Assembly: GCF_006345805.1 (NCBI RefSeq) | Contig: NC_043005.1 | Coordinates: forward strand, 34,658,001-34,722,000 | DNA: 64,000 nucleotides | Origin: Octopus sinensis | Lineage: Eukaryota | Direction: 5' to 3' | Part shown: positions 1 through 12,316 of the stretch, one piece after another | Position numbering within the stretch: position 1 is the first letter of the stretch | Layout: every line of letters begins with the position of its first letter | Notes under the pieces: generated by a model | Seen by the model: the letters and a program-made list of their open reading frames with translations, nothing else | What the model was told of the DNA's origin: nothing | Databases searched by the model: none | Program-made: the position numbers and the translations under genes

Positions 1-81
1 CTAATTTAGGCATAAAGGCATGCAATTTTGAGGAGATGAAGTAAATTGATACTTCACACCCAGTATTTGATGAGTACTGGC

Positions 82-780
82 CATATTCTATTTATGGATG
101 ATTTTAAACAGTTTGGAAGTGAGAAAACTAGAAAGATTCTTTGGTTAAAACAATTTAACAAAACCATTGGAATGGAATTAGAGATAACATGTTGAGGTAT
201 GCTTATAATGAAAAGAAGGAAAGATGGTATCAGCATATGGGATTGTTTTATGTGATAAGCAGCAATGAAGGGTATCAAAGACAATGAATAGAAATATTTA
301 GGAAAATTTAGAAATCAACAGCATCAAAGAGATTTGAATGAAGGGATAATTTGCAAAAGAATACCAGAAAAGTGATGCTGAAGTAAAAATTAAATGGAAG
401 AAACAATATAAATACACAAGTGATTTTAAGAATCAGGTATGGATGAAGGATACTCAAAAGGAAATAAGGAAGAACTTCATAAGTTAGACAGGAAGATGTG
501 GAGGTTTTAACTGAAAAACCAACATAGACTTTATCCGGTCAGGAAATATGGAAGAATTTATAAGAAATAAAAAGAACCATCTGGAATGGTATGTGGCAAA
601 TAACTCAACACTATTGTTGGTTGGTGTTTATGGTCTTTAGTGTAGTAGAACCTGCAGACTACATTGATAAGGAAGAATATAAGAGGATCAGGACAGAGGC
701 AAAAAGACATATGTTGGAATGGAAAAGTAATGTTTGAACAGTTTGTCAGAGATAAGAGAGCAATGTTCTAGATAAACATG
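82..780 (+). mobile_element. Degenerate R4/Dong-like non-LTR retrotransposon RT remnant
   Basis: 82-120 translates HILFMDDFKQFGS (RT YMDD-type motif HLLxMDDLKLF), followed by IGME and other frameshifted pieces. Confidence 0.7.
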
Positions 781-895
781 AGACAAGGTTTTTTTCTCTC
801 TTTTTTTCCCTTCATCTTTTCTGGATTGATGAAATAAATCACAAGTCAATTACTAGAAGTAATGGGGTCAGCTCACCCCTCCTCTCAACATTTCT

Positions 896-1609
896 GGCTT
901 TGTGCCTAAATCATGAACCGATTATATGCATACATTGCTACATATACTTACATGCATAAGTATGTGTAGCAATGAATGATTTATTTCCTTGTTTTCATCA
1001 CCTCTCATCAACTTTTTAAAAATCTACTGGCATAGCTTTGACTGTTGACCCCCAACAAACATACTTCCTCACTGACATTTGTTTTTCTAGATACCTCTCA
1101 GTTGTACATCCTCCTCCCTTATTTGACACTATTATTATATAATAATGTTTTTCCTCATTCTTGCTATTCCCAGTCTATCCACCAACACAATAAGATATTT
1201 CTTCTCCCTCAAGAGTCAAGAGGTTTGTGCACTGCAATTATCAAATAGTTTGATAAGTATAATGAGTAGAACGAGATTCTTGGCCCTTCAGTTACTTACG
1301 TAATTTTACAGCTGAATATAAAAAAAAGTACTCTTATATATTTGATCCTATTTCTCCTCTTTGTTCCACCAGACGTATTTTTTCTTTTTTCCTTCTTTTT
1401 TCTTTTTTTCTTTAATAACCCCTCCCGTCATTTTTCTTTTTTTCTTTAATAACCCCACCAACAGTCAAATTACACCGGTAGATTTTTAAAAAGTTGATGA
1501 GAGGTGATGAAAACAAGGAAAGAAATCATGAACTGCTACACATATTTATGCATGTAAGTATATGTAGCAATGTATGCATATAATCGGTTCCTAATTTAGG
1601 CACAAAGCC
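896..1609. repeat. Inverted repeat, arms about 150 bp (896-1047 / 1459-1609), about 410 bp spacer
   Basis: ggctttgtgcctaaat...tttgactgttg is the reverse complement of caacagtcaaa...atttaggcacaaagcc, with few mismatches. Confidence 0.88.
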
Positions 1610-1840
1610 TCTTCTTTTTTTCTTTTTTTCACTTCAAATGTCAAAAATTTCTTATATTCTTTATTTATAGCTATGAGGCTATAATATGTGATAAAGATGT
1701 TGATTCTTTGATACACAGTCTATCCACCACAATGAGACATATCAGTTAGCATGGATATATAGTATCAGACATTATATGGTGACTTGAAAAGTCTCAAAGC
1801 ATTCCAAGTAGCATGTCGACTTGCAATCATGAGTCAAAAT
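1595..1840 (+). repeat. Local direct duplication, copy 1 (copy 2 at 4277-4514)
   Basis: tttaggcacaaa...gtcgacttgcaatcatgagt(c/g)aaaat aligns end to end at both places with scattered substitutions. Confidence 0.9.
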
Positions 1841-2049
1841 TGACATTTACTGTCAAGACGAATCCTCCAGCATGTACATACTGTAGGATACCAGGAATCT
1901 CCTCTCAGGTCATTCCTTAACAAATAAAATAAGAAAAGATGGAAATGAGCGAGCCATTTGGACATAAATGTAAAAGTCAGATCTAAAAGTTGGAACAGTA
2001 GCATTAAACTATGCTAACAAATACTTAAAACAAATATGTAAAATGTCAC

Positions 2050-2215
2050 TCTGATAAGAATGTCCAATGACTATTGTATGTAAACTCTGAGAAGAAAAAG
2101 GCAAAAGCATTATCTAAGGAGTGAGGAATGAATGTAACAAAGTTACATAAAGAAAACATAAAAGGAGGCATGACAACATTGTAGGCATTGTTCATTGGGA
2201 ACTGTGCAAAAATTG
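2050..2215 (+). mobile_element. R4/Dong-like C-terminal remnant
   Basis: 2163 onward translates RRHDNIVGIVHWELCKN, matching the RHD..VHWELC motif upstream of the REL endonuclease. Confidence 0.55.
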
Positions 2216-2375
2216 TAATAGGTATACACACACATATACATAATACACAGTAAATGGCACTGCAAGGCAATGCACACATAGTATAGAGTATTTTCAAAAC
2301 GCCTAAAGTTCAAGGAGCTGTACTTGGTTTTGTAGTGAAAGCAAATAGTAAAACTAAAACAAATAATAAGAAGAC

Positions 2376-2414
<39 letters not shown>

Positions 2415-2474
2415 ATAATAATAATAATAATAATGATAATAATAATGATAATAATAATAATAATAATAATAATG

Positions 2475-2523
<49 letters not shown>
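2376..2523. repeat. Compound microsatellite (CTA)n(ATA)n
   Basis: Directly visible; source of the spurious poly-Ile/poly-Ser ORF. Confidence 0.97.
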
Positions 2524-2525
<2 letters not shown>

Positions 2526-3080
2526 GCCCTGATGCAGTACCAGGCAGTGGCTCTCATGGCTTCTGATCTTAACTGATTGGAAGTGTTATCATGTACATTG
2601 TTTTGTCTTGGTATAAAAGATGGGCTACAGCAAATATTCTGCTCAATACCACAGATTTGCTTGTCAGTTGTTTGACCTTAACCAGTTGAGCATGTCCCTT
2701 AGTGGCTGACGATATGTGCATCTCTGATCACGAGCAGAAGTAGTGGGGGAGCATCATAGCCATGTGTTGAGACGGATTCTTTGAGGTTTGAATAGTTCAC
2801 CTCTGGAAACATGGGTGGTTCTTTCAACATCCTTAAACAACCCTTATTCAGGGACCGTTTGAGCGGGATGGGCTACTCAACCTGAAGAAAATTCTAACTG
2901 GGCCCCACCTGCAAGGTCATGTGCTGTTTATCTTGATATGAGATCACCATGTCGCGCACATATGGTTGTGATGCATGTGCCTGGTGTACCTTTATCAGAT
3001 GGGTAGTCATGATGGGTATATTGGGCTTCGTATATTTTACCCCAGTGTCACTTTGATGGCATGAACTGCTCTCTCACTCA
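2524..3080 (-). mobile_element. Unclassified ~560-bp interspersed element flanked by (AAT)n
   Basis: Complex-sequence block with sharp boundaries against AAT tracts on both sides; minus strand inferred from the ...cagggcatttattattatt tail. Confidence 0.55.
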
Positions 3081-3100
3081 ATGATAATAATAATAATAAT

Positions 3101-4011
3101 GATTTCAAATTTTGGCACAAGTCCAGTAATTTGATTACATTGACCAGCATTTCACTGGTACTTATTTTATCAACTCTGAAAGGATGAGTTAGAGTCAACT
3201 TCGGGGGAAGTTAAACTCAGAATGCAAAGCTAGAAGAAATGCTGCTCAGCATTTTGTCTGGCATGCTACAATTCTGCCAGCTTGCCAACTTAAATAATAA
3301 TAATAATCCTAATAATTATAAGCTTCAAAATAAGTGAATTGCAATACTCATTTTTATGGGTATCATATATTTCATATAAATTCCTTTCCATGTAAATGCA
3401 GCCTTACTCATTCAGCATTACATTTTTTTTATTACACAAGTATCAGGGTTTTTTCATTTTTTAATTGCATGGCACCACATCTGTTATCATCTTTAGATGT
3501 AAAATCTCTTAACATCTGTGATTGAGACTTGGGTGCAGCATGTATAAATTAACGCAAATGTAAAAACATAATACTAATAGCAATAGTAATCCTTTCCACC
3601 ATAGCCACAAGACTTGAAGATTTTGGGGGAGGGGGCTAGTTGATTTCATCGACTCCAGTACTCAACTGGTACTTATTTTATTGACCTGAAAGGATGAAAG
3701 ACAAAGATGACCTCAGGATGTAAGGACAGATAACTGCTGCTAAGCTTTTTATCCAGTGTGTTAGCAATTCTGCTAGCTTGCAGCTTCATAATAATAATAA
3801 TAATTCTTTCTACTATTGGCACAAGGCCTGAAATTGTGGGGAGGGGACTAGTCGATTACATTGACTTCACTGTTTCACTTGATTTATCAACCCTGAAAAG
3901 ATGAAAAGCAAAGTTGACCTCAGCAGAATTTGAACTCAAAACATGGCGACAGGCGAAATACCACTAAGCATTTCATCCAGCATGCTAATGATTCTGCCAG
4001 CTTGCTGCCTT
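3101..4011 (-). mobile_element. Three tRNA-derived SINE family A copies (3101-3291, 3589-3787, 3803-4011)
   Basis: Minus strand shows A-box-like ctggcagaatt/c, B-box-like gagtt(t/c)aa, core gggg/tcgat..aataagtaccag and an (ATT)n tail; copies are mutually homologous. Confidence 0.85.
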
Positions 4012-4151
4012 AATAATAATAAGTGTTTCTAACACAGGAGTAAGGACAGAAATTTTGGAGGAGAGGAATAGTCAACAAAATTAACTCATGTACATCAATC
4101 TTATTGGTATTTTATTTTTTCAAATTCATAAGTCTTCATTTCTGAACTCAT

Positions 4152-4205
<54 letters not shown>

Positions 4206-4217
4206 ACTCTCTCTCTC
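4152..4217. repeat. (CT)n microsatellite
   Basis: Directly visible. Confidence 0.95.
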
Positions 4218-4276
4218 ACTGAGTAACCTTGTATCTCCTCTACAACAAGACACCTGTTTCTGTCTCTCTGCCTTAC

Positions 4277-4514
4277 TTTAGGCACAAAACCTCTTCTTTT
4301 TTTCACTTCAAATGTCAAAAGTTTCTTATATTCTTTATTTATAGCTATGAGGTTATAATATGTGATAAAGGTGTTGATTCTTTGATACACAGCCTATCCA
4401 CCACAATGAGGCATATCAGTTAGCATGGACATATAGTGTCAGACATTATATGGTGTCTTGAATAGTCTCAAAGCATTCCAAGTAGCATGTCGACTTGCAA
4501 TCATGAGTGAAAAT
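4277..4514 (+). repeat. Local direct duplication, copy 2 (copy 1 at 1595-1840)
   Basis: See copy 1. Confidence 0.9.
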
Positions 4515-4639
4515 ACATCAACTCCAGCGCTTGACTAGTACTTACTTTATCAACCTTTCATCATCTGACACAAGATCACCTCCTTTAATGTCCCCTTCCC
4601 TCTCAAAACAGGCTTTTTTTTTTGTCACACAAGTAATTG

Positions 4640-4947
4640 GTGACCCTGTCAGTGCAAATGCCACTTAAAAGCACCCAGTCCACAGCGTCAAGTGGTTGGC
4701 ATTTGGAAGGACATCCAGCTACAAAAACCTTCCCAAATCTAACCTAGCCTGTGCTTGTGCCACATAAAAAGCACTATGTCCACTCTGCTGAGTGGTTGGT
4801 GTTAGGAAGGGCATCCAGCCGTAAAAATCCTGCCAAAACAGTTACAGAAGTCTAGTGCAGGCTTCTGCCTGGCCAACTCTTGTCAAACTATCCTACCCAT
4901 GCCAGCATGGAAGTTGGATGTTAAATTATAATGATGATGATGATGAT
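4640..4947 (+). mobile_element. Family B element (RTE-type 3' end, (GAT)n tail) with duplicated core
   Basis: gtggttgg..tt(a/t)ggaagg(g/a)catccagc core twice, ends ggatgttaaattataatgatgatgat; same terminus as the RTE at 63225-63393. Confidence 0.75.
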
Positions 4948-5299
4948 AAGGATGAAAGCAAGTCAACATCAATGGGATTTAAATTCAAAATATAAAGAAC
5001 TGTAACTAAATACTGCAAAGTATTTCATCTTATGTTCTAACAATTCTACCATTCCACCGTTCTTAATAATAATAACATTAATAATAATCCTTTCCACTGT
5101 AGATACAAGGCCTGACATTTTGTGTGTTGACAAGTCGATTACAACAATCCCAGTATTCTACAGGTACTTATTTCATTGACCTTGGAAGGATGAAAAGCAA
5201 AGTTGACATTGGCAGAATTTGAACTCAGAATGTAAAGATGGATTCAAATGCTGCTAAGTATTTTGCTCAGCATGTTAATGATTCAGCCAGCTTGCTGCC

Positions 5300-5352
<53 letters not shown>

Positions 5353-5753
5353 CCTTTCTACTAAAGGCACAAGGCCTGAAATTTGGGGAGAAGAGACTAG
5401 TCAATTACATCAACTCCAGTGCTTGACTAGTACTTATTTTATCAACCCTGAAAGGATGAAAGCAATGTTATGAAATACTGCTAAGCATTTCACCCGGCAT
5501 GCTAACAAGTCTGCCAGCTCACCACCTAATAATAATAATAATCCTTTCTATTATAGGCACAAGGCCTGAAATTTTGGGGGAGGGAGCCAGTCGAGTACAT
5601 TGACCCAGTATGCAACTGGTACTTAATTTATTAACCTTGAAAGAATGAAAGGCAAAGTTGACCTTGGCAGAATTTGAACTCAGAATGTAGCGACAGGTGA
5701 AATACCACTAAGCATTTCATCCAGCGTGCTGACGATTCTACCAGCTCACCACC

Positions 5754-5755
<2 letters not shown>
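4948..5755 (-). mobile_element. Four stacked SINE family A copies (4948-5064 partial, 5087-5301, 5351-5527, 5541-5755)
   Basis: Repeated aggcacaaggcctgaaatt...gaaaggatgaaag...gaatttgaactcagaa...gccagct units separated only by (AAT)n. Confidence 0.88.
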
Positions 5756-5786
<31 letters not shown>

Positions 5787-5828
5787 GTAATAGTAATAAT
5801 AATAATAATAATAATAGTAGTAGTAGTA

Positions 5829-5899
<71 letters not shown>
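5756..5899. repeat. (AAT)n microsatellite with (AGT) interruptions
   Basis: Directly visible; source of the poly-Asn/poly-Tyr ORFs. Confidence 0.97.
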
Positions 5900-7942
5900 C
5901 AGCCTGATAAGATCCCCAATTTCTGGCTAAAATATTTAACAAGGATATATAAGGTGCTGGCAGAGAAGTTCAATGAGATGCTAACAGAACCAGAGACACA
6001 CACCTGAATGCCTCACAGAGAGGAAAACCATTCTAATTCTCAAATCCACTGAAACAACAAACCCACAAAACTACAGACCCATAACATGTCTCCCTACAAG
6101 TTGCAAAGCCTTAATTGCAATAATATTGCAAACAATGGCAGACATCTAGAAGAAAATATCCTGTTTTGAGAAGAGCAGGAAGATCAACTACTGACCAACA
6201 AATGCCATAACTGAAGACTGCCAAAAGAAAAAGAAGGGTCTAAGTATGGCTTGAATCGATTACCAGATGGTTTTTAACAGTATCCCCCACACATGGATCC
6301 TAAAAAAAAAAAACTAGCCATGGACAAGGTTGTACCAAAAATAATAAAATGATATAAAACATGCCATCTCTAGTATATGGATGATTTAAAACTGTATGCA
6401 GCAAATGATAAACTGGAAACATTACTAAAGAGAGTGCATGGATTTACCAAAGAAATAAAACTGGAATTTGGCTTAGAAAAATGTGTCAAAGCAACCTTGA
6501 AAAGCGGAAAACTAGTTAAGAGTAACAATATCACACTAGACAAAGAAAATGAAATAAGAGAATTAAACCAAACAAAGACATAGAAATACTTAGGAATCAA
6601 TAAATTTGATACAATACAACATACACAAATGAAAGAGAAGCTACAGAATGAACACTATTGATGAGTTAGATTAATAGTAAAAACAAGGCTCAATGCAAAA
6701 AAACAAGATAAGTATCAATACTCTTGCTATGCCAGTTATAAGTCACAGTTACAATATTCTTACTCAGACACTAAATGAACTAACCAAACTAGGGAGGGAA
6801 ATAAGAATAATAGTGATGAAATTTAGGATTCCTCACCCAAAATCTGACAAAGAAAGGTTATATATATATACAATGAACTGAAGGTGGTAGCAGAAAACTA
6901 CTATAAAATAACCACCATAAGATTACAGAAATACTTAACTTCGTATATTTTACCCCTTTCTGTCGTTAAAGAAGCTGAAAAATACAAGAAAGAAATCATA
7001 GTACCTGACAACTATGAAGAAAAAGAGAAAAAGCAAAAGTTGTGAAGCAACTGAAATCTAAACTAAAACTGGAACTACAAAATACCATGATAAAATGATG
7101 GCAAGAAAAGCATTTGTGCTAAACTAAACAAAAAAGAAATAGACAAAGTAAAATCCCAACATTGGTTGAGAAACTCAGGACTCAAAACAGAGACTGAGGG
7201 GGTTTTAATTGCAGCACAAGATCAAAAATTCTCCAGCAGAAACATACAAGGAATAAAATACAATATGTAACAACAGAATATGTGGTGATGGGGAAGAAAA
7301 AAAATCATATTGCTTTGTCTGCCCACTCTTGGCTAAGAAGGAATATATCCATAGACGTGACAGAGCTGGGACCTTTATACGCAAGAAGCTATACCAGTGC
7401 TATGGAATGACGACAGCAAAAAGATAGTATAAGCATATCCTAGAAAATGTCTCAAAAAATGACAAAGCAACCATATTCTGGGATATCTCAATATATACAG
7501 ACAGAGAGATCAAGGCTAATAGACCAGATATAACTGTCAAAAACAACCAAGGGAAAAAACGAAAAAATGCCTTCCAATCAATGTATCAATCCCGACAGAT
7601 GACAATGTATCTCTAAACGAAACAGAAGAAATACCAAAATTCAAAGATCTGAAGATAGAGATAACCCGAATATGGAGCCTAAAAACAGAAACAATTCCTA
7701 TAATAATTGGTGCATTATGATTAAAAAACATGTAGACAAATGAATAACCAAAACACCAGGACTTACAAAATATATATAATATACAGAGAATAGCACTGTT
7801 AGGCACTGCACATATCCTACGTAAACCCCATTCAATATGATGAAAATACCAACAACAAAACAAATCACAACACCCAAGGCACACTCAGCTGTGGTTAGTA
7901 GTGAAGAAAAAGCATGTGATAAAAACAAGACTACTGAATAAT
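5900..7942 (+). mobile_element. 5'-truncated, degenerate R4/Dong-clade LINE (RT plus REL endonuclease)
   Basis: PDKIPNFWLK, NYRPITCL, YMDDLKLY at 6374, GLEKC, QDQ, ILWD..TDREIKANRPDI and IPIIIGAL motifs in broken frames; 3' end ctactgaataat. Confidence 0.92.
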
Positions 7943-8409
7943 CACACACACACACACACACTATTGTTTTAATTCCATTTTACCAAGCATATATGTTTGA
8001 ATAAATTTTCATATATAATTAGTGTTTGTTTTATTAATGCATTAACAAAGCAAGTTAAACCACAAAGGGATTGAACCCAGAACCTTGAGGCAGTGTAAAT
8101 AGTCCATTACACCTGATTAGGTCAAGTTCACTGCACTCAAATAATAATGAATTCTTAATTTATGAATGTTTTTTTTTTCCCCACATGGAAAACATAACAA
8201 AGTTGAACTCTTGCTTCACCACTTGGGATAGGAACATAGAATAGTTAAATACCAAAATAGTTACCAAAATAGAATTCAGTTAGCAATTCTACCATTTCAA
8301 TAACATCACAGAACAAAAGAAAATCCTTAAAAAATAACAAGTCAAAGGTATTTTCTAGATACTTTTAAATATATATATATAGGGAGAATATATATATACA
8401 TATATCTGT

Positions 8410-8482
<73 letters not shown>
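8410..8482. repeat. (AT)n microsatellite
   Basis: Directly visible. Confidence 0.95.
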
Positions 8483-8490
<8 letters not shown>

Positions 8491-8959
8491 TATGCATAAA
8501 CACACATGCATAACCATACATACACACACACATTTCTTTATAAGACAAAATGTCATGCCAACACCAAAATATCTTTTTCTGTTCATTTATGGAGAGAAAT
8601 GAGGGAAGGAGGAAGTAACTCTTTAGGAATTGTAATGCAATATATCATATTTCTTGAGAATCTGTTCAAATACTTATATGATGCATACAGTGTTGAGTGG
8701 GGGTGGGGAAGGTAATGGGGCAGAAATGACAAATTGATGGGGGGGTGGCACCGGAGACACAGATCTGAAAAGGTAAAGATAAGCATTCAGAAATAGAACA
8801 TTTTAATCATTTTACAACAATCACCCTACCCAACACCTTAAATTTCTAACTCTCGTTTTTAAACAAACAACCCATACATAGATACAAGTCTTTTTTTGCT
8901 TAGAAAGATTGCACAATATGTCAAAAACTGTCAAGAAACCTGGGCATGCTTTTGTGGTT

Positions 8960-9215
8960 GCCTATAAACATACAACACCATTGCATGCATCCGATAACAA
9001 ATGTGTGATTTTGTTCATAGTCAGCAATAACCATCTCTTGCAAATTTCTGGCCTCGTGCCTGTTAGAAACTATTATTAATGTTACAATTATTGTTGCTGT
9101 TATCATTGTTGCTGTTGTTATTGTCCTGCACAAACATGTCTGGCCATAGAAAAATATTACTTTGATTGGAAATAGGTGAAGGTTGGCAACAGGAATGGCA
9201 TCTGGTTGTGGAAAA
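8960..9215 (+). mobile_element. Degenerate family B variant
   Basis: ggttggcaacaggaatggcatctgg resembles the B core. Confidence 0.45.
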
Positions 9216-11144
9216 TCTAATTTATGCATGCACAGAAAAATGTATGTTAAAATTATCACAATGATGATTTTATCAACAGTGATGGAGTAAAATTACAGTC
9301 CTTAGACTGAGGCAGACAAAGAATGAAAGAGCTGGTGCATCCACTGATAGTGAAATATTTCTTGGTGAATGAATGGCAAAATAAATGAAAAACGTTAAAG
9401 AGGTGTGATGTTACATAGTAATAACTTAGAGACATTGAATGTAAAAGATATGTGTAGAGGGTGAGGTGGTGGAAAGTAGGGTGAAAATCTATTGGATGTG
9501 AAAATGTTAAGCTGCATGAAAGACAGAGCACAAGTGAGGTGAAACGGTGGTTAGACATTAAAGGACTTGGCTTGATTTATGCAGAAAAGAGATGATAGCC
9601 ATGGGTGTTGATGATGGGGGGTGAGAGGGAGAGCTGGTAAGAAGTGGTAATGTCAGATATTAGGATGTTAGATATCATAAGAGAGATATGACAGAATTAA
9701 ATCCAGTAGATCTAGCATCTTCAAACTAGCATGGAAAATGGAGGGTGTAATAATAACAACAACAGTAGTGGTGGTGGTGGTGATGATTATGAGGAGGAGG
9801 AGGAGGAGGAGGAGGAGGAGGAGGAATATTTGCAAATATTCCTAGTGTAAAACCTGTTTCTACTAAGTAAACTATTTCATAATGACTGGCACTGCATAAT
9901 TATTGCTAAGTACTGTAGAACCTTTTAATGGATTGTTTGGCAATCACTGAAAGTTTTGTTTCCATGTAGTTTGTCAAGACTTGATGGAGTGAGTCAGCCT
10001 AATGGAAACTATCACCAAGTAACTTATTGACTATAAATGGAAATTTCAGATACAGGGATTAAGTGAATGTCTTAACTAACAATCAAATCTGCACAGCAGA
10101 CTTGTCTTGACTGGAACTTCAGCACCAATCTACCTATAGTGTTTATATATATGTTCATAACTAATACACAGTTAAGCATTTGAAGACTGGCTAATACACT
10201 GATTATTCCCTATTATCATAAGTGTATTGATTAACAGCTGCTGTCAACTGTACACTATGGGCTGAAAACCATATATCTATGGTGGAAGGCACCAGAAGAA
10301 CAAAAAATCTTTCATAATTTGTATTGAAAGATTTCTTAATTTAATTACAAGATAACAATTTTCACAGCTTTTTCTGCCAAAAATAACAAAATGAATAATA
10401 ACAAAATGGAATAATTTACCAACCAAGTGGAGCCATTTGTTTAGTTATTTTAATGATATTATTTATGGAGAGAGGATGTTAAAACTGATATTTTAAGAAA
10501 TATATTTTTACAAGTCAAACAAATATTACTGTTTGTGACATTTCACAAATTTTCTATTCAACCGATTTCTTGTCACACCTATACACCTATAGCTGGTATG
10601 AGCTGTAACAACTGATCTTGTAGCAATAATATTTACTAAGTAGAATTGTCAGACAAACCAATTTTGATAATAGAATCGTGTCTTCAGACAAAGTTTTATT
10701 AGATGATTGTCTTAATTACCACATTTAAAGACAGAATAGCAAGTTGAAATGTCATCAAATGCCGAAACAGAGAATCAAAACATTAAACAACGGAACCATA
10801 ACATTTAAAGACAGCTGTAATATGACGACATTGTTACATTGAACTAATAAAATAGTAATTATAATAACATCTACAGACAAATATTATTTCACTTAGACTT
10901 GAAGACATATTGTTCATATAATCATATTACAATTCAGAATCAAAGCATCTAATAAGGAAAGTTTAATGTTTAAAAATACGGTAATAGTATCAAATAGAGA
11001 CATGGACCACAGTAGGGATGATGAGAAGTGAGGTCACTACAGAGAAAAAAGGTTGTTGTAGTAGAAGCAAAAAGAAGAATGAGTGCATCTATGTGGGAGG
11101 AGAACCAAACATAAAAACAAACACACACACACATATACAAGGAG

Positions 11145-11450
11145 TATTCAGCTCATGATTGTGTGAGCTTGATTCCCAGTCATGTGTTGTGCCTTTGTGC
11201 AAAATATTTTATTTCACGTTGCTCCAGTCCACTCAGCTGGCAAAATTGAGTAGTACTTGTATTTTAAATAGTCAGCCTTATTACATTCTGCATCATGCTA
11301 AATCTTCCTGAGAACTATGTTAAGGGTGCACAAAAGGTGTCTGTGGAGTACTCAACCGCTTGCACATTAACTTCATGAGTAGGCTGTTCCAGTGATCAGA
11401 CCATCTGGAACTCTCGTCATCATAATCAACTGAATGCTACCTATAGACGT
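11145..11450 (+). mobile_element. tRNA-derived SINE family E
   Basis: gagcttgattccc B-box-like, then ttttatttcacgttgctccagtccactcagctggcaaaa core shared with 51515-51650 and 53234-53562. Confidence 0.7.
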
Positions 11451-11729
11451 AATGAATCTGTCCTTCATTGAGATAGGGTTTAGAATGATTGCATGTGTTT
11501 AGAATGATTGCATGTGTGCAATATTCTAATATGGATCTTGTGTTTTATAGCGAGTAAGTAACAACTCAGAGCTGAAACTTTGCTGACTTTCAGGAAACTT
11601 GTTTTTGGGAAGCAGTTTTACGAAAGTTGTATATGTGACACCATCAAGAAAGAGAATCAAAGTTTCTTCATAACAGTTTGACCTGCTAGAAATAGCAGAC
11701 AAATTTCTCTCTCAAATCACATTCTTGAC

Positions 11730-12060
11730 CAGGGGTCAGCAAACTTCTTATCCTATTGATGACCACTTTCATTGAATAACTTATTGCCTCCTTGAATCAT
11801 GTAAATTTCAAAATAAAAGTAAAAAGTATAACTAATAAAAAATTTCTTGATTTAACTTAAAAAGTTTTTTTACACTAATTTTCTTTTTCTTTTTTTATCA
11901 CTCTTGCTTTTTAATGAGAAATATTTAAAGAAATTTGACAAAAATGCTTTATGAAATTGCTGAAGAGCAATAAGAAATTAAGTCATGTTACACTGATATA
12001 GTCAGAATATCATCCTCTTGGGTACCCACAAGGATTGATGTTTACCACTTTGTTGTTTAT
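11730..12060 (+). mobile_element. Possible older hAT-type MITE remnant
   Basis: Starts caggggtcagcaaact, resembling the TIR of the adjacent element; no clear right TIR. Confidence 0.35.
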
Positions 12061-12069
12061 GCCCTAGCA

Positions 12070-12316
12070 CAGGGGTGGGCAAACTACGGCCCGCGGGCCG
12101 CATGTGGCCCGCCATAGGTTTTCATGCGGCCCGCCATAGGTTCTCATGCGGCCCGCCGAGAGGAATATTTCACAAAATTTCCTTTCAATCAATTGTGTGT
12201 TTATAGGTCTATAACCGCCTTTAAAAATATTTTCACTTGATTTTTATAAATGAGGCCCGCCAAGGTTCCAAAGACGCACTGTGCGGCCCGCGATCAAAAA
12301 AGTTTGCCCACCCCTG
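12070..12316. mobile_element. Young hAT (Charlie/Buster-type) MITE, 247 bp
   Basis: Perfect 16-bp TIR caggggtgggcaaact / agtttgcccacccctg; perfect 8-bp TSD ccctagca (12062-12069, 12317-12324) with central TA; CpG-rich. Confidence 0.95.

Noticed and set aside
2354-2557. Homopolymer or dipeptide ORFs here and at 4148, 5726, 5754, 8342, 25684, 50086, 51935, 54687, 54915
   Set aside because: Explained entirely by microsatellites
9250-9590. Very old LINE 3' coding remnant
   Set aside because: Only a vague resemblance; no diagnostic motif could be read
11478-11515. 19-bp perfect tandem duplication
   Set aside because: Ordinary slippage duplication with no associated structure
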